This document shows positions 28,407 through 41,923 of a stretch of 64,000 nucleotides of DNA, in pieces. Position numbers and translations under genes: made by a program. The stretch is from Trichoplax sp. H2. Its lineage: Eukaryota. Under the pieces are notes generated by a model, which saw only the letters and a list, made by a program, of their open reading frames with translations, made no database searches and was not told the origin of the DNA. The DNA lies in contig NOWV01000176.1 of the NCBI GenBank assembly GCA_003344405.1, positions 1 to 64,000 on the forward strand, written 5' to 3'. The number at the start of each line of letters is the position of its first letter. Positions within the stretch are counted from its first letter, which is position 1.

Positions 28407-31400
28407 ATGGCTTTGAGGACTATCAACAGCAATAAGGATTGGTGAGTGAAGAAATGATGAATTCACAGTACTGTATGAGTGTATAGAGCAACGTACTAGC
28501 TACATGTACAATTGTACAGCCATGATATAGGATAGTCAATTGTAGATGTTCAATGCTTGAGCATGATGGAAAGGTAGATTTTAGGCGAATTACCACTCAA
28601 TAGACTGCATGAAGTTGTTCTTATTAAGTAGTCCCTCATTATGACTGTAATAGCGACCGACAGTGATAATATGCTGCTAACGTGTACTCTTATTTTGGAT
28701 ACTTTTGTAGTGTATTTAGCACAGATGATCCATTTGCTGAAGAGGAACAACAATCTCGGCCTTTTTATTATCCTACTCCTGAGAAATACTTTGATCCAGA
28801 ACAACGACGTCAGGTTCATTCTACTCTACATAAATGATGATCATCCGCTCAATTTATTTTCATGCCATCATATGCAGTCAATTGAATATGGACTGATCAA
28901 ATGACCCCGCCATTCGGACATAATTTATTGTATTGCAAAGTGCTATACTAATACTCTATACTACGCTGTGTAGTAAGCTTCAATGGCTACTCACATCATT
29001 GCATCGGTTCTATACCTTCTTAGTACGCTGACAATGTCAATTCGTTATTTTGACTTATTTGAAACCTCCTTTGCCCTCTGTATTTCTGTATTTTTTGTAT
29101 TAACATACTATATCAATTTTACTGTGCATCATTTTGTCGATATTAGCTCATGATCTCAAAGATAGAATATCGTCTCAAATCCGTACCAAATTTACTGTTT
29201 CGATCAAACTCCTTGATTAAAATTCATGCCAATACAATAGTAGTAATAAACGACGTATAGTATTTCCTACGGAATAACATGGCGAAATACTGTATGCGTT
29301 TCACAACCTAGAGGAAGTAATTAAAACCTCCTGTAAAGGTCCACACTAGAATTTGCCAGTTAATTTGACGCTGAAGTTGATGCAATATTCCCAAATTAAT
29401 TAATTAACATTTCCGCCTGAAACATTGCTTAAACTGATACTTTTGGATTGATTGTAGCCTAATAATGTAGTGCCACTAGCCAGTATCCAATTTGTAAGGA
29501 TCATAAATGCAGTTCTGTTTATGCAAAAGGATATGATAACAGTTAAATACAATAACTTCTTTGTTATTACCATTGCATATTAAAATCTATTTCAATATGT
29601 TCTTGTGGTAATACGGTCGATGATTGTAATGACAAACCTACTTCATGACTGATTAGATATCGATAAAACCTCGACGGCTGGATAAGGAAGAGGAAAACTT
29701 GGAGCTCATCTCGAAGGCATTTATCGATCGTTCTCACGATTTGAAACCTATAGCAAATCAACAAGAATCATTATATGATGAAGAAACTTGGCCAACTACC
29801 AGCAGTGATCAGTCTATGGCAATGTCCACCCCAGAATCAACCTCAAATCAGCGACGCAGTAATGTCGCAAAAACTGCTGACAACAGCAATGGCAATAAGG
29901 ATTTTACATCAGCACAGTTAACTAGTCTCAACCGTAGCCTTAATGAACACAAATCGATCCCCTCAAGAGACCAAATCAATAACAATCAAACCAAATCTGA
30001 TAAAACTACAATTTCTTGGTTAGGGAAATGATATAATGTATACTATATTTATATCTTAATTGCCACATGCAAACTGTTACGTCTTTAGTTAGCAGCTGGC
30101 CTTATGAGATTCTTAGAGTAAGAGATAGGGATCCAAATTCAGGAATCAGTGAAATCTTTTATCACTTACTCAGTAACGTGGTTAAATATTGCAGGTATAT
30201 AGATAGATTTCGACAATCAAAACCAACTCCAAGGGATGAACGAAATCTTTCTACTGAAACATCTGACTTCTGGTGGAAAGACAACGACAACAAGACAGAA
30301 ATCACTAAAAGCCTGCAAGGTATCCATTATGAACGTGAGGCAATGAAAGAACACACTTCCAATGCCGATGGAAAGACAGTAATTTGATACATATTTATAT
30401 TTTTGGTTATAATTAAACTCTGTTCAAATGCTTATGATACAGTGTATTCATATTTTCAATAGAGTGATAGCGGTAACACAGCAACTAACCACGATGAAAG
30501 AAAATTAGATCCATTGAATGACATACACCAACGAGCCAATTTACTAATCAGTGAAAGGTATCGCTATCTCATTACGTAATAGTAGCAGTCCTGTAGAGCC
30601 ATTAGATTTATATGCCTTTACGTAAAAAGTTAAAAACGATTTATCTTTATGGTCAACGCAGTGCCAGATCCTGACAATGCTATTGCCTTCTTAGCTCATG
30701 TTATTACATTTTATTTTTAAACTCTCCAGCCAAAGCGTATTATCAGAATCCAGTTTGATGCCTCGTGTAAGCACCGACGGATTCTCGTCTGACCTGTCCG
30801 ATCGAAAAAGCGATCGTTATGTCTTAACAAGCGATAGTAAAACCATCTCCAAGCAAACCTCTAGAAGTCCTCCTCTAAGAGTAATAAAAAATTTCGATAC
30901 TACCACTCAAAATATTAAAAACAATTGTCCAGAAGAAATTAGTCATGCTCATAGTAACGATGACCTATTATATCAGTGGCGGATAGCACGAAAGATGGAA
31001 TTAGCTAGATTATCGAGGGCCAGATCAGGTTGGTGTTCAAATCTCAATTGGATAAGTATTAAATAAGTAAATGGACAAAATGTCATGCATGTATGTAGTT
31101 TAAAGGTACACGTTTCCGTTTTAGGGTACCTGAAAACTAAATCACAATTTATTCCACGTGTGGCTAGCAATCTGCATAGTTCAGAAATTAATTACTCAAA
31201 TACGATTAGCAATACTAAATATCGATTGAAGGATGCTGCTGTACAAACTGTTCATAATATTGACGCTAAGATGGTAGCGAAGACCATTTCCTTCGACGTT
31301 TATACCCAAACTAATGCTCACTTGGAACAGATTACTGGTGATAGACTCGTGGCTACCAATAAAACGGAAAATAGCACAAAGACATTAGTAAATCAATCCC

Positions 31401-31945
31401 TAATTACAAGCAGTGTACACACAGTTGGTGAAAAGGATGAAAGCTTATTGAAGCACAATAATTCTGAAATTACCTCAGATAAAGCCGTAAATGCTGATCT
31501 TTTGGTATCGGATTGCAACAACTATGAAAAGAACGTTAACATGAGTTTAGGAGATGTGAACGATATCGCTAAAGAAAGCGCTAGTGTACAAAAGAATTTA
31601 TCCAAAGGAAGTTCTGACCATAATATTGTGCCGCAAGAGAAAAACGATATGAAAGAGCCTGAAGACTACAATGTTGACTTGGATTCCATATCTAGCGACG
31701 AGGAATATCAAGATGAAATTTTACAAATTCTAGAAGCTAAAGCGAGTCAATGTCGTCAACAGTTGGCGTTAGTATATTTAGTCCAATGACTCTTTTATGC
31801 ATAGCTGAGCATATGCATTTGCGACATTGCGTACAGTCGTGCTGCGAATATTACTAAAGCGAATTGTATTTGCTTTACTTTTCTTTATAGATGGGTCGAT
31901 ACTTTATTGGAAGAACTTAGAGAGGAAAGGCAATTTCAAGACTAA
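28407..31945 (+). CDS. PROSER3: Proline and serine-rich protein 3-like, ~8 exons
   Basis: Inferred exons 28407-28441, 28720-28813, 29657-30018, 30195-30378, 30463-30557, 30730-31029, 31125-31768, 31891-31945. Conserved islands WYIDRFRQSKPTPRDER..SDFWW, HQRANLLISES, DDLLYQWRIARKMELA match PROSER3 motifs as I recall them. The start exon is uncertain. Confidence 0.75.
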
Positions 31946-34900
31946 CGAATGAATTGAAAGAATTTTAAAACCGTTGAGTTATTAATAATACAGTATATTT
32001 ATACTTCCTTTATGTATATAAGACTATACTTCAAGGATATAGGCAAATGTAAGGTAAAAATTTAAAAGTTACATGATCGAAAATGATGGCAATATTCAGA
32101 AGGAACCGCATGGATCGCTTATCGAAATCATCCTTTGTATTATATAGCTTTAGATCCGCCTTTAACTACTTTATATTCAATCGAATTTCGGAAAGAAATG
32201 ATTGCGATTCAAAAGGGCATAATGTAAAAATTAAATAATTATTTTGTTTTATAACTTCATATTCGTAACGACTGTAACCTAGGCAGGGTAGAACATGTAA
32301 ATTAAAATTACGGTTACAATTAACATGGACTATAGCTCATGGAGTTATAACACGGTGTTGATGTAGATAATAGACTTTTTATATATTGACATGCTTTATA
32401 GCAACTTTAGAAATAAAATTCAATCTTGATCGATTTGATCCAACTTTAGCTTTCGATAGCCTTTAAAGAAATGTTACGATAGCGGTATATTGTTAATACG
32501 TTCCTTGCTAAGTAAATATTAGATTGATAGTGTTGATTTTCAGAATAGGAAAGATATGTTTTATCTTGGCGTATGCTATTCTGTCTATTACTTTATTTCT
32601 CACGGCTACAAATTCGTTGTAAGTAAGGAACAATCTAATTTTATATCTCTCTAAAATACGGAAGATACAGCTAGGCGCTACAATAGAAATGTCAGTCAAC
32701 GGAGAAAGTGTCGAATGCAATAGAGTACAATATCATTAAAACAATACTTTTATGGCGATGCAATATTTATTCCGGTGTACATTATCTATAACAACATGAT
32801 CTGATTGTTAGTGTTCTACGCAGCATATTGATTTTACATAGTAAACCAATCATTACAATATTTCCACCCCTAGAGGTAAAGTTAAGAAACTTCTTGGTAA
32901 AATTGATTTTCGTTAGCTATGATTACTGTATTTGGAGAAGGCTAAAATACTACAAGTATACGAGTATTAAAAACTTACTAACTGTAAAACTACTCATATT
33001 GCGATTGTTAATCTACCAACATAATACACAGTAGACTCTACGATAGCGATAACTTAGAATCTATTTTTGATTAGAAATGATAAGAGCAACCATTTTGGGC
33101 AATGTTTAAGAAATGAATTACGTTATATAATTTTAGCTTTGCAATTTGCTGATAAAGTGAAAAGAAAGTCCAGCAATTCACATAGCCTCCTAACCGATCA
33201 TTTTGCAAAATTATAATACCCCAGATATTAAATACGTATGAATTGAAATTGTAATTGATTACTTCGGGAGTTTTTTATGCTAATTACTTTAATGCATTAG
33301 CTAATAAATCTGAATACAACATTGATTAATTTATAGGTAATAATTAAGATACCATCTGACATTTTATAATAATGATTCTATGTCGTATCACTACAACCCT
33401 TCTTTTGATGGGCAAGGTCTATTTCTATATAAACGTTGATAAAAGTAAAATTATGTACCAACATTACTATTCAGGCATTAATGGAGAAATTAAGGGTTTC
33501 CGCCTATGACGTTTCTTTTATTAAAAGGATCAAAGCGCTATTCCATTCCTTCATGCGAGACTAAATGGTTTTGCATGCTAGCTTTAGTATTTCACCTGTG
33601 ATCACAACAATGTTATATATAATAAGTTCTGTTAATTATAACCTTTAACTTGTAATCAATATAATTAATTGATTATGACAATATAAATAATAAGATTTTT
33701 TTCTTAAAAAAATTGGGACATCAGATGCATTTAAATGGATTGAAAAATTCATCTTCACCCTTGCATCTGTGCTGCCTATCTTGCTTGGTTAATTTTACAT
33801 ATCCCACTTTATAGAGTGTGCTACTGGATACCAATCGAAAAATATTACGCTAAAAAATTTATATTTTTTAATATAGAACTTTTTTGAGTAGTTCTTATCG
33901 ATGATAGCTAAAGTTATGACTATCTAAAGGATCTGTCTGCCCATCCTAGTATTCTTACAATCGTTTTCATTTCAATTCAGTAGTATACACGTAAAAATGA
34001 CGTAAATTATCGTTCATATAATTGAAAACGCAATTATATTCCGACTACTTGCTAGAATTACACTTTTGGAGGAAAGCAATCAATTAGAGAAAACATAGCC
34101 ATTAATTTTTTCTTTAATTTTAACAGAGTTTAAGCTATCGGCTACCTGGGGACTAACCACCAATCTTGACCAATTAATGATAAATTACGGACACTATCAG
34201 GTAAAGAAATATAGAATAATTACTATTGAGCTAAATTCAAAAGACATAAGACATCGAAGCCTTCTATTGAAAAATTATTTGTAAGTCTACTTAACTGAGA
34301 GTAATCATATCTAGCTAGTACATATATATGTAGCCACATCCATTTTATTTTCTATCGTCATGTTCAATGCAGTCTGTTTTAATATTTTATTCCAGTAACG
34401 ATACATTTTACTTCAGTTTTAATGTGGATTTTGATGCTTTCTGATTATTTTTAGCTTTCTATCAGAACTCCTAGGTTGATTCATAATTGCCTTTATTAAT
34501 TACTGGAAATGAGGGTAATTCTTCAAGACGAATAAGCCTCAAACTTTTAACCTATATCCTGCTCTACATTGTTGTACAATTAATCTGCAGGATTTCTTCT
34601 TAAAAGTAACATCTGTCAGTTTTTAAAGACGCTCCTAATAAATATAGTAAAAAATTTCCAATTTTTTATTTCAATACATTTCAATTCCAATACAAATTTC
34701 CGCAGTATCACTTACTTTACCAAAAAACATTGGAATAGCAATCGATATTTCATTTTTACACTGTATGATTGTATATATTCTTCTTTATTTCTAATTTAAT
34801 GATCACCTATCGTTCTTTCCTGTAATGAAGAAAGATCAAGATTACAATATATTCCTAGTTGTAATTAATCTGTAATAATACGCTAACATGAAAGTACCCA

Positions 34901-37900
34901 TTAATTTTAAAAGAAATGATGCTTAGAGGATATACACCTGGTTACTAGCATCATTAAAAAAATAAATTTAATTTAATAACAGTAATACTAGTATGAAAAA
35001 TCATGCTACGATTTTACTTCAGTATTATATTATTGTAAATGTCAATTGAATATGCAATCCATCGTATTTTAAAGTTACCAAATCGTAAAGACTTATTAAA
35101 TCTGCCTTTATTTAAATTTTTTTCTTTGATTATTTGAATACCAATTTTAATTTTAATTGAATAACTGCTTCGCACAGAGGTGTAAATCCACCCCTAACCT
35201 TCAATTTTCGAATAAATTATTAAACTATGAAACTTCCTATAAATTTTTTGTCACTCCTGTGTTAATACTGTTTATGATTGATTCCATTTTTACTATATCT
35301 AATTCTAAGACCGATACAATGCTAGTTAGAATTACCGGCAGATGTAACAGTCAGGATAATCATAACATAGAAATTATTTACTAGTAATTTTAAATATTCA
35401 AATAATATTAACGAATTATTCACATGGTTCGATTTAACGTCAATAAATACGTGCTGCATTTTTAAGTAAATTGCCACCAAGACAGTCTAAAACACTTGAA
35501 CACGTATCAAGCGGAAAAGACCACGTGCAAGCTAATTGATGGCAGCAAAATGATTATTCTAGGTTGATTACTAAAATTACAATGCCATATTTTGCCGTAA
35601 GTTAAAATCGCATGCTACTAAACTACGAAACTAATTCGTACATTATAATATGTGTACATCATTTATTATCGATTGTTTTATTGGTTATAGTAAATTTAAA
35701 ATGAAATGCAACATTTTTTTCATTTTTCGATTGATTCTTTCTAGTGCACTTGAGTAACTACAGCATAAATATTATTATGATAATTTGCCAACGTCATGCA
35801 AGGAAGTAATTATTGTTATTATTAAATTATTGTGGTTATTTTACTTAGCATCTTCACTACCTGATGGTAGAAATAGATGGTCAACTGTTACCTGACGTCG
35901 GAAGTTGATTACTAATAGACTGAATAGACAGTTGGCAATCATTAACTCAGTTCAGATCTCGAATTAATGACTAATATTTCGAATAATAACAATTACTGAA
36001 ACAACGACGGTAGTTATAACAACGCTATGAATGCAAACATAACATTAACTCATTGATTCTAATGATCAGGAAATAGTTAATGAATCTGTCAGTAATCGCT
36101 TATAATTTAAAGCAATCAAATTTAATGAAATGACAAGAATAAGAAGCAGGAAGTAGAGAAAGACTTAATTTACTTCATACTTAACTAGCGATTTACTACG
36201 TAGATTTTCCCAATCGATGCAATAAACGACCCAAATATGATTGCGTACATTTCGGGGTCAATTTTAGTTGTAGAGATTACTGTATATAAAATAAAGAGCA
36301 AAAAATTTGAAAATATACATAGGACTATTTTAATGATTTCTACAAAAAAAATTAATCCCTGCTGCATGTAGTACTATATAGCTTGACAGTACTGAAATAA
36401 TTATTAAATAATAACTTCCCTTTTTCTATTTTTATATACGGTGCAATTATAATCCCGACACACACTTACTACTTCCATAACTGCTGCTCTTTATTTTTAC
36501 ATGTCAATAAATACCGATATTGAGAGATATCGGTGGGGTCACATTTTTTAATTTTAGTGCATAAACTAATGAAAGAACTATAGTTCAGAGAAAAGTAATC
36601 ATTTCCTGCTATTTTTAACCTCTATTAAATTTTGGTTTATACGCTTTGAATATCGTAATGGCTTGTAGAGTATCATTAAAATAGAAAGCATTGATCATCA
36701 TCTGATAGAAAATTTCCATGATGATAACGCTAATTCAACTATCATGCTTAGGATTTTATATTTCATTCCATTTCAGTAATTAGAAATTGTTATTTGCAAA
36801 AACAAGTTACGATAATTGATTAACCTGCTTTGTTGATACAGAGAGCTAAGGTACTTCGTTATGATTTAGGACAATAGCAATTTTAATTTTTAATCTCTTT
36901 ACTAGTTGTTATATTTGCGGATATAATCATTAACAATACCAAAATTATTTTTATATATAGCCATTAACGGGATTAAAGGCATAATAGGTAGAATAAAGTA
37001 GTGAACCTTGAAGGTTATTTCCCCATAACCTTAACGATACGCTCGGAAATATGTGCAATATTACTTTTAAATTTACATTATGCTAATTATTTTGCATTTC
37101 ATATCAATTATAATTAATTAAGTTCAATTATAATCCAATTACCTATGTCATGAAAAGAACTTCACTATGGTGATAATCCAAGAAATAACATTAAACTACG
37201 CGTACAAGTAAAAGCATTAATTAGAGTTTATTATTCTTTTATTGGTTTAGACGGCTTTATTTCTATATTTATTGTGCTTAACCGATATTATTATTATTCA
37301 CTACTTCATTTCTATAATAGTGTTAACGTAAGAAAAAAAAGAAAGAAATTATTCTCTACGTAGTCATTGTATTTAAACTATATTAACAGTTGATTTATTC
37401 AAAAATTTCATTGAACTATTTTAAAGGATGGATTAAATTATTTGTCCAAGATATTGTACTATAAATTAATTACGTTTTCGAAAGTGCAAAACAATAGTTG
37501 CAAAAAGGTATAAGTACAGGTGCATCCTAGCACTGAGTAATTATCAACACAACTTCTTGATCGCTTGACAACTTTGAACTACTTCGCTATCAATATTCTT
37601 ACAAGGTTAGGAAAAAAATTGATTGTTATATATAGGCTTCGAATGCGTAGTATCTATTATTGTTGCTTTCCAGTAAAATTGTAGAAAAGAAAGTTAAATT
37701 ATCTTCCAAAAAATACCTACATTGAAGAGAAAATGAGCATGATTTTATGACTTAATATTGATAATTTTTTTTAACTTATTTAACAATTTAGACTAATTTT
37801 GCTGGTTTTAATTTTTCAATTGAACAGTAACAATTCAAATTTATGTTGACATATCCACTTATTTAATAAGAAATTTTAAACTGTACACATTGCTATTGTT

Positions 37901-37914
37901 TTTAATTAGGCAAC

Positions 37915-39076
37915 ATGCATATGCTTCACAAAATTGCCCTTCTCGCTCTCATTTGCTCTATTATGGTCTTACAAGCACATTCTTCGTCCATGTATTACGT
38001 GATGGTATGTCAATATTTAACTTTTTTAGATAGGACGGGTTCAATATCTTGCATTTGTATTTACAACGTGATTAGAAGGAGATGCTGTTTTTTTGATCAT
38101 TTATATTGTTAATTGGCTTCAATTTCCTCTGCAGAGAATCTGTTATTGGTAGTTACTATTTGATATACGAGAGTAGCAATGGTATAAATTCCTGTAAATT
38201 AGAATGATCATTGTATAGGTGCTAATAAATTAATAGGTGAACCTTCAATTCTAGCTAGGATTAGAAAAGTGGTCATAGTATTCCTGTTTTATATTGTTTA
38301 TTGGCTTTAGTTTCCTATACAAGAGCATCTATTGCTGATAGTTGCTATCAATGATATTCGGCAGCAGTAATGGTACAAATCCCCGTAAATTAGAATTACT
38401 ATTGTATAGGCATGTTGAATGAATAGTTTACCTACATTTTAGCTAAGATTGGACGAGTGGCCATAGTAATCCTATCTTATATTGTTCATTGATTTTATTT
38501 TCCTATAGAAGAGCATCTATTAGTAGTAGTTGCTATCAATACTATTCGACAGTTGTAATAGTACAAATCCATGTAAATTAGAATCATTATACTATAGGGC
38601 AACTTAAATTAATAGTTTCAATTCTAACTAGGATTGGATAAGTGGACATAGTACTGAACTCCTATTCAATGTTGTTCATCGACTACGTTTTACTTAACAA
38701 GAATATCAATTACTATTGATATTCTACAGTAATAATGCTTCAAATCCTTGCCAATAAGAATCATCATTGCTTAGTTTAATTAAATTCAGTAGTTTAAATT
38801 CGAATTAGGATTGGATAAGTGGCTATAGCTCTCCTATTTTTTATTTATTGATTATTGATTATTTCATTTTCGATCACGTTTGGCTACTATGTCATTTATT
38901 AAAGTCTGTAATACTCAAATCAATAATTTTAAAACGTCATTATTATTATATTATTCTAGAGGAGGGATAATTGCGCTATTGTCGGTGGACTTAATTGCAA
39001 AGATGATGTTGATTGCCAATTACAATGTGGGTTATCCTTCTGTGACGTTGATCGATGTAGCAATCCACCACTTTAA
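37915..39076 (+). CDS. Small secreted cysteine-rich peptide precursor (68 aa; 6-Cys mature peptide)
   Basis: Exon 37915-38004 encodes MHMLHKIALLALICSIMVLQAHSSSMYYVM and is followed by the donor gtatgt. Exon 38960-39076, after ttctag, encodes RRDNCAIVGGLNCKDDVDCQLQCGLSFCDVDRCSNPPL*. Both are phase 0. A probable 5'UTR exon ends ~37605, with an acceptor at ~37909. Confidence 0.8.
38020..38860. repeat. Intronic diverged tandem array, ~4.5 x ~185 bp
   Basis: Anchor gtaaattagaat at 38194, 38385, 38573 (variant ~38750). Anchor gatt(a/g)ga..agtgg..atag at ~38258, 38447, 38631, 38808. Confidence 0.85.
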
Positions 39077-39749
39077 GGCTGTATACATATCCATGCTGTC
39101 GGTTATTCTATGGTCTCTCTCCCGTGCGCAAGTCATCATTAATATTCTACTTTACTAAATTCAAGCTTGTACACTAAATGCGATTTGACATTGAAAGTTT
39201 GGATGGTTATGTAGAGACGATAGAATAATTGTAATGTGTACATGACTAGCGCTGTCTTATTCTTACATAGTTCAATATGATACTGTAGTATCTAACTTTC
39301 AATCTTCTCTAACAGTAAAAGGAAGAAAACACAATGCCATTTGAAAGTAATGATAAATCCGATAATTATGTTACTAAATTTAAACGAATAGTAAAAGTTA
39401 TTCACCTAGAATAGAAATAGCACAACTTTATTCCGATAGCTCTTGTCACGTACACGTATAATTGATTAAGCAGTCAATTAGAGGCGAAACAACAATAAAA
39501 TTATGTGAAATATTTTTCACTGTTACATTAATTCTATACGATTCTGGCATAGTCCATATTTTCTCTATTGATATGCGTATCCGTATACAAGTGGAACAAG
39601 AATGAAGCGTTAGCAATGGATTATTTCCCTATCATTCGCGTTGTGCAAGGCATTTTTACCATGTAGTAGCATCTCAATTATGCATGCAACAATCGCATCG
39701 TAAGATGTGATTAAAATCCTGATCTTTCCGCGTACTATTCAAAATCCGG

Positions 39750-39819
39750 ATCAACATCAATATCCGACTTCCCTACATTACATGTGTGAAATATAGGGGA
39801 GTCGCATATTGATGTAGAT
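39750..39819. other. 70-nt imperfect inverted repeat (hairpin)
   Basis: atcaacatcaatatccgacttccctacattaca-tgtg-tgaaatataggggagtcgcatattgatgtagat: 33-position stem with 4 symmetric mismatches and 1 G-U pair. Confidence 0.85.
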
Positions 39820-40966
39820 TTAAAAATCCAATTCAGATTTACAAAAGATTTGTCACTAAAGTTCGGTATCGCGAAATGGATTTAGAAATGCAAATTCTCC
39901 AATTTTGATACCAGCAGGCAGTATCGACACTTTGTACTTCCACTTACTATAATAGAATCAGAGTTATGCACTATGGTGGCTGATCTCAGCCCAACTGTAT
40001 GATACTGGTGATCAATCTGATCACACATGCTTACCAAAAATAAAAATAAATACAGTAAATTAATTCACACCAGCAGTGAAGATATTACTTGTACTGCAAT
40101 ATAGAAAGAAGAAGATTTGACGAGTATGTGGTATATATTCACTAGATGAACGTCCTGTCTCTTTGCTGACAGAGGTATCCTAGTTCATAGTGGGCTAAAT
40201 AATGCAAAATTACAGTACCACGCATGTTTTGAATGTCATGATTATAATAATAATAATGGTAAATCCTGGACTACTAATATATAATTAATTCAATAATAAA
40301 AGACATTCTGCAAAATTACCAAATTGACTTAGTATCGATCTTGAGTGTCGATTTTTTGGAATCATTTCTACTCATTTAAAAACATTGATGACGTTCTAGA
40401 ACTGCTTTTCAAGCAGAACTGAGTATAATTATGGACTTCTAGATAGCTAGAGAATATATTACTGTCACAAACTTATGTTGCGAACTACTACACTAAACTA
40501 ATAGATTACTTATGCCTTGCTCCACTACACCTGGAGATCTACTGTATGGTAGTTCTTTACTACTTTCGGTCACACAGGGAAAAGACTATTCTAAAAGATT
40601 AGTATAGTTTTTATTAGTAGAGTAGCCGAGTACCTTCTCGTACACGATCTAATAAGGAACTCTGGAACTGAGCATTCGCTCGTCCTTTTATACCATTCCA
40701 CTAAATTTATGGTATCGCCATTATTAAATCTACTGTATATAGGCTCTACTAATTAATTGCAAATACAATTATGCATTTTTGTCGTCTAGCAATCTAGACA
40801 TTAATATTCTTAATTTCAATTACGCTTACCAATATGATCCATTAGCTAAATACTGACAAAATCTATTTAATTAGCAAGTACGGTGCTTTGCTCCGTAGCA
40901 ATTACATTTAATTTAGCAAAATAAGTGAATAAGAGAACCGGCCATCCGCTTCAAGACCTATTCTGG

Positions 40967-41262
40967 CGAATAGACGTGTTTGCTGGGGCCGAATTGTCCG
41001 GCTTGTCCGAGTCAAGACTGAGTAGGAAGTCCATGATTCCAGCTGTCTGTAGTCATGGACTGCTCGAATAGACATGTTTGCTGGGGCCGAATTGTCCGAC
41101 CCGTCCGAGTCAAGGCTCAGCTGCAAGTCCATGATTCCAGTTGTCTGTAGTCATGGATCGCTCGAATAGACGTGTTTGCTGGGGCCGAATTGTCCGACCT
41201 GTCCGAGTCAAGAGTCAGGAGGAAGTCCATGATCCTGGCTGTCTGTAGTCATGGACCGCTCA
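40967..41262. repeat. GC-rich minisatellite, 3 x 98 bp, upstream of NDUFS2
   Basis: cgaatagac(g/a)tgtttgctggggccgaattgtccg starts at 40967, 41065 and 41163. Each unit carries the inverted repeat tccatga...tcatgga. Confidence 0.95.
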
Positions 41263-41391
41263 CAAGAAAACAGTCATTACAGTACTGTACTGTACACTAC
41301 ACTGAACTCATACAGTACAGTAGCCATATGCTCAATCAACCACGGCAGTAGAAGAAGACCGGGAACCAAGAGTCCTGGACTGATCCCTCTT

Positions 41392-41747
41392 GGACGGACA
41401 GACACTTTGGTCTCATCTGGTCAAGATATTGTGCCTGGTTATGACGGTACTTTAGTATGGAGATGATCGATTATAAATATTTGGTCTCATCTGGTCAAGA
41501 TATTGTGCCTGGTTATGATGGTACTTTAGTATGGAGATGATCGATTATAAATATATCGATTTTTTCTCAGTTAAGTAATATTAATTGAATCTTATTACCT
41601 GCTGCTAATTTCTGTTTGTAAGCCGTTCTATGAGATCGTCGATATCATTGAAATGAGTACCAGTGATTGAGAAAACAGACTGGGAAAGCTCCATACTAAG
41701 TGACCCTTTTTGGACGGTGTCATTGGATAAGAAAAGTCCGTCTGTCT
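41392..41747 (+). repeat. Second copy of the promoter-associated element, with an internal 2 x 74-bp tandem duplication (41406-41553)
   Basis: Begins ggacggacagac and ends gtccgtctgtc (imperfect inverted ends). Internal blocks are colinear with 27900-28200. Confidence 0.8.
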
Positions 41748-41923
41748 GGCAGTATCTATCCTATCAGCCGGCGGCGTCCGGTGGACTACACTGAGTCGTC
41801 GTAGTACTGGTGTCAGCTACCGTACCGAACCATACCGTACTGTACTGTACCCACCCCTGGCGTAGACTGCCAGTCAACAATCTGGTCCAGTTGTTGTAGA
41901 GCTTTATTTCAACCATCACCAAG

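Noticed and set aside
38880-39158. 92-aa hydrophobic ORF in the track
   Set aside because: It is an alternative frame over the cysteine-rich exon, has a non-ATG start, and is not in phase with the signal-peptide exon.
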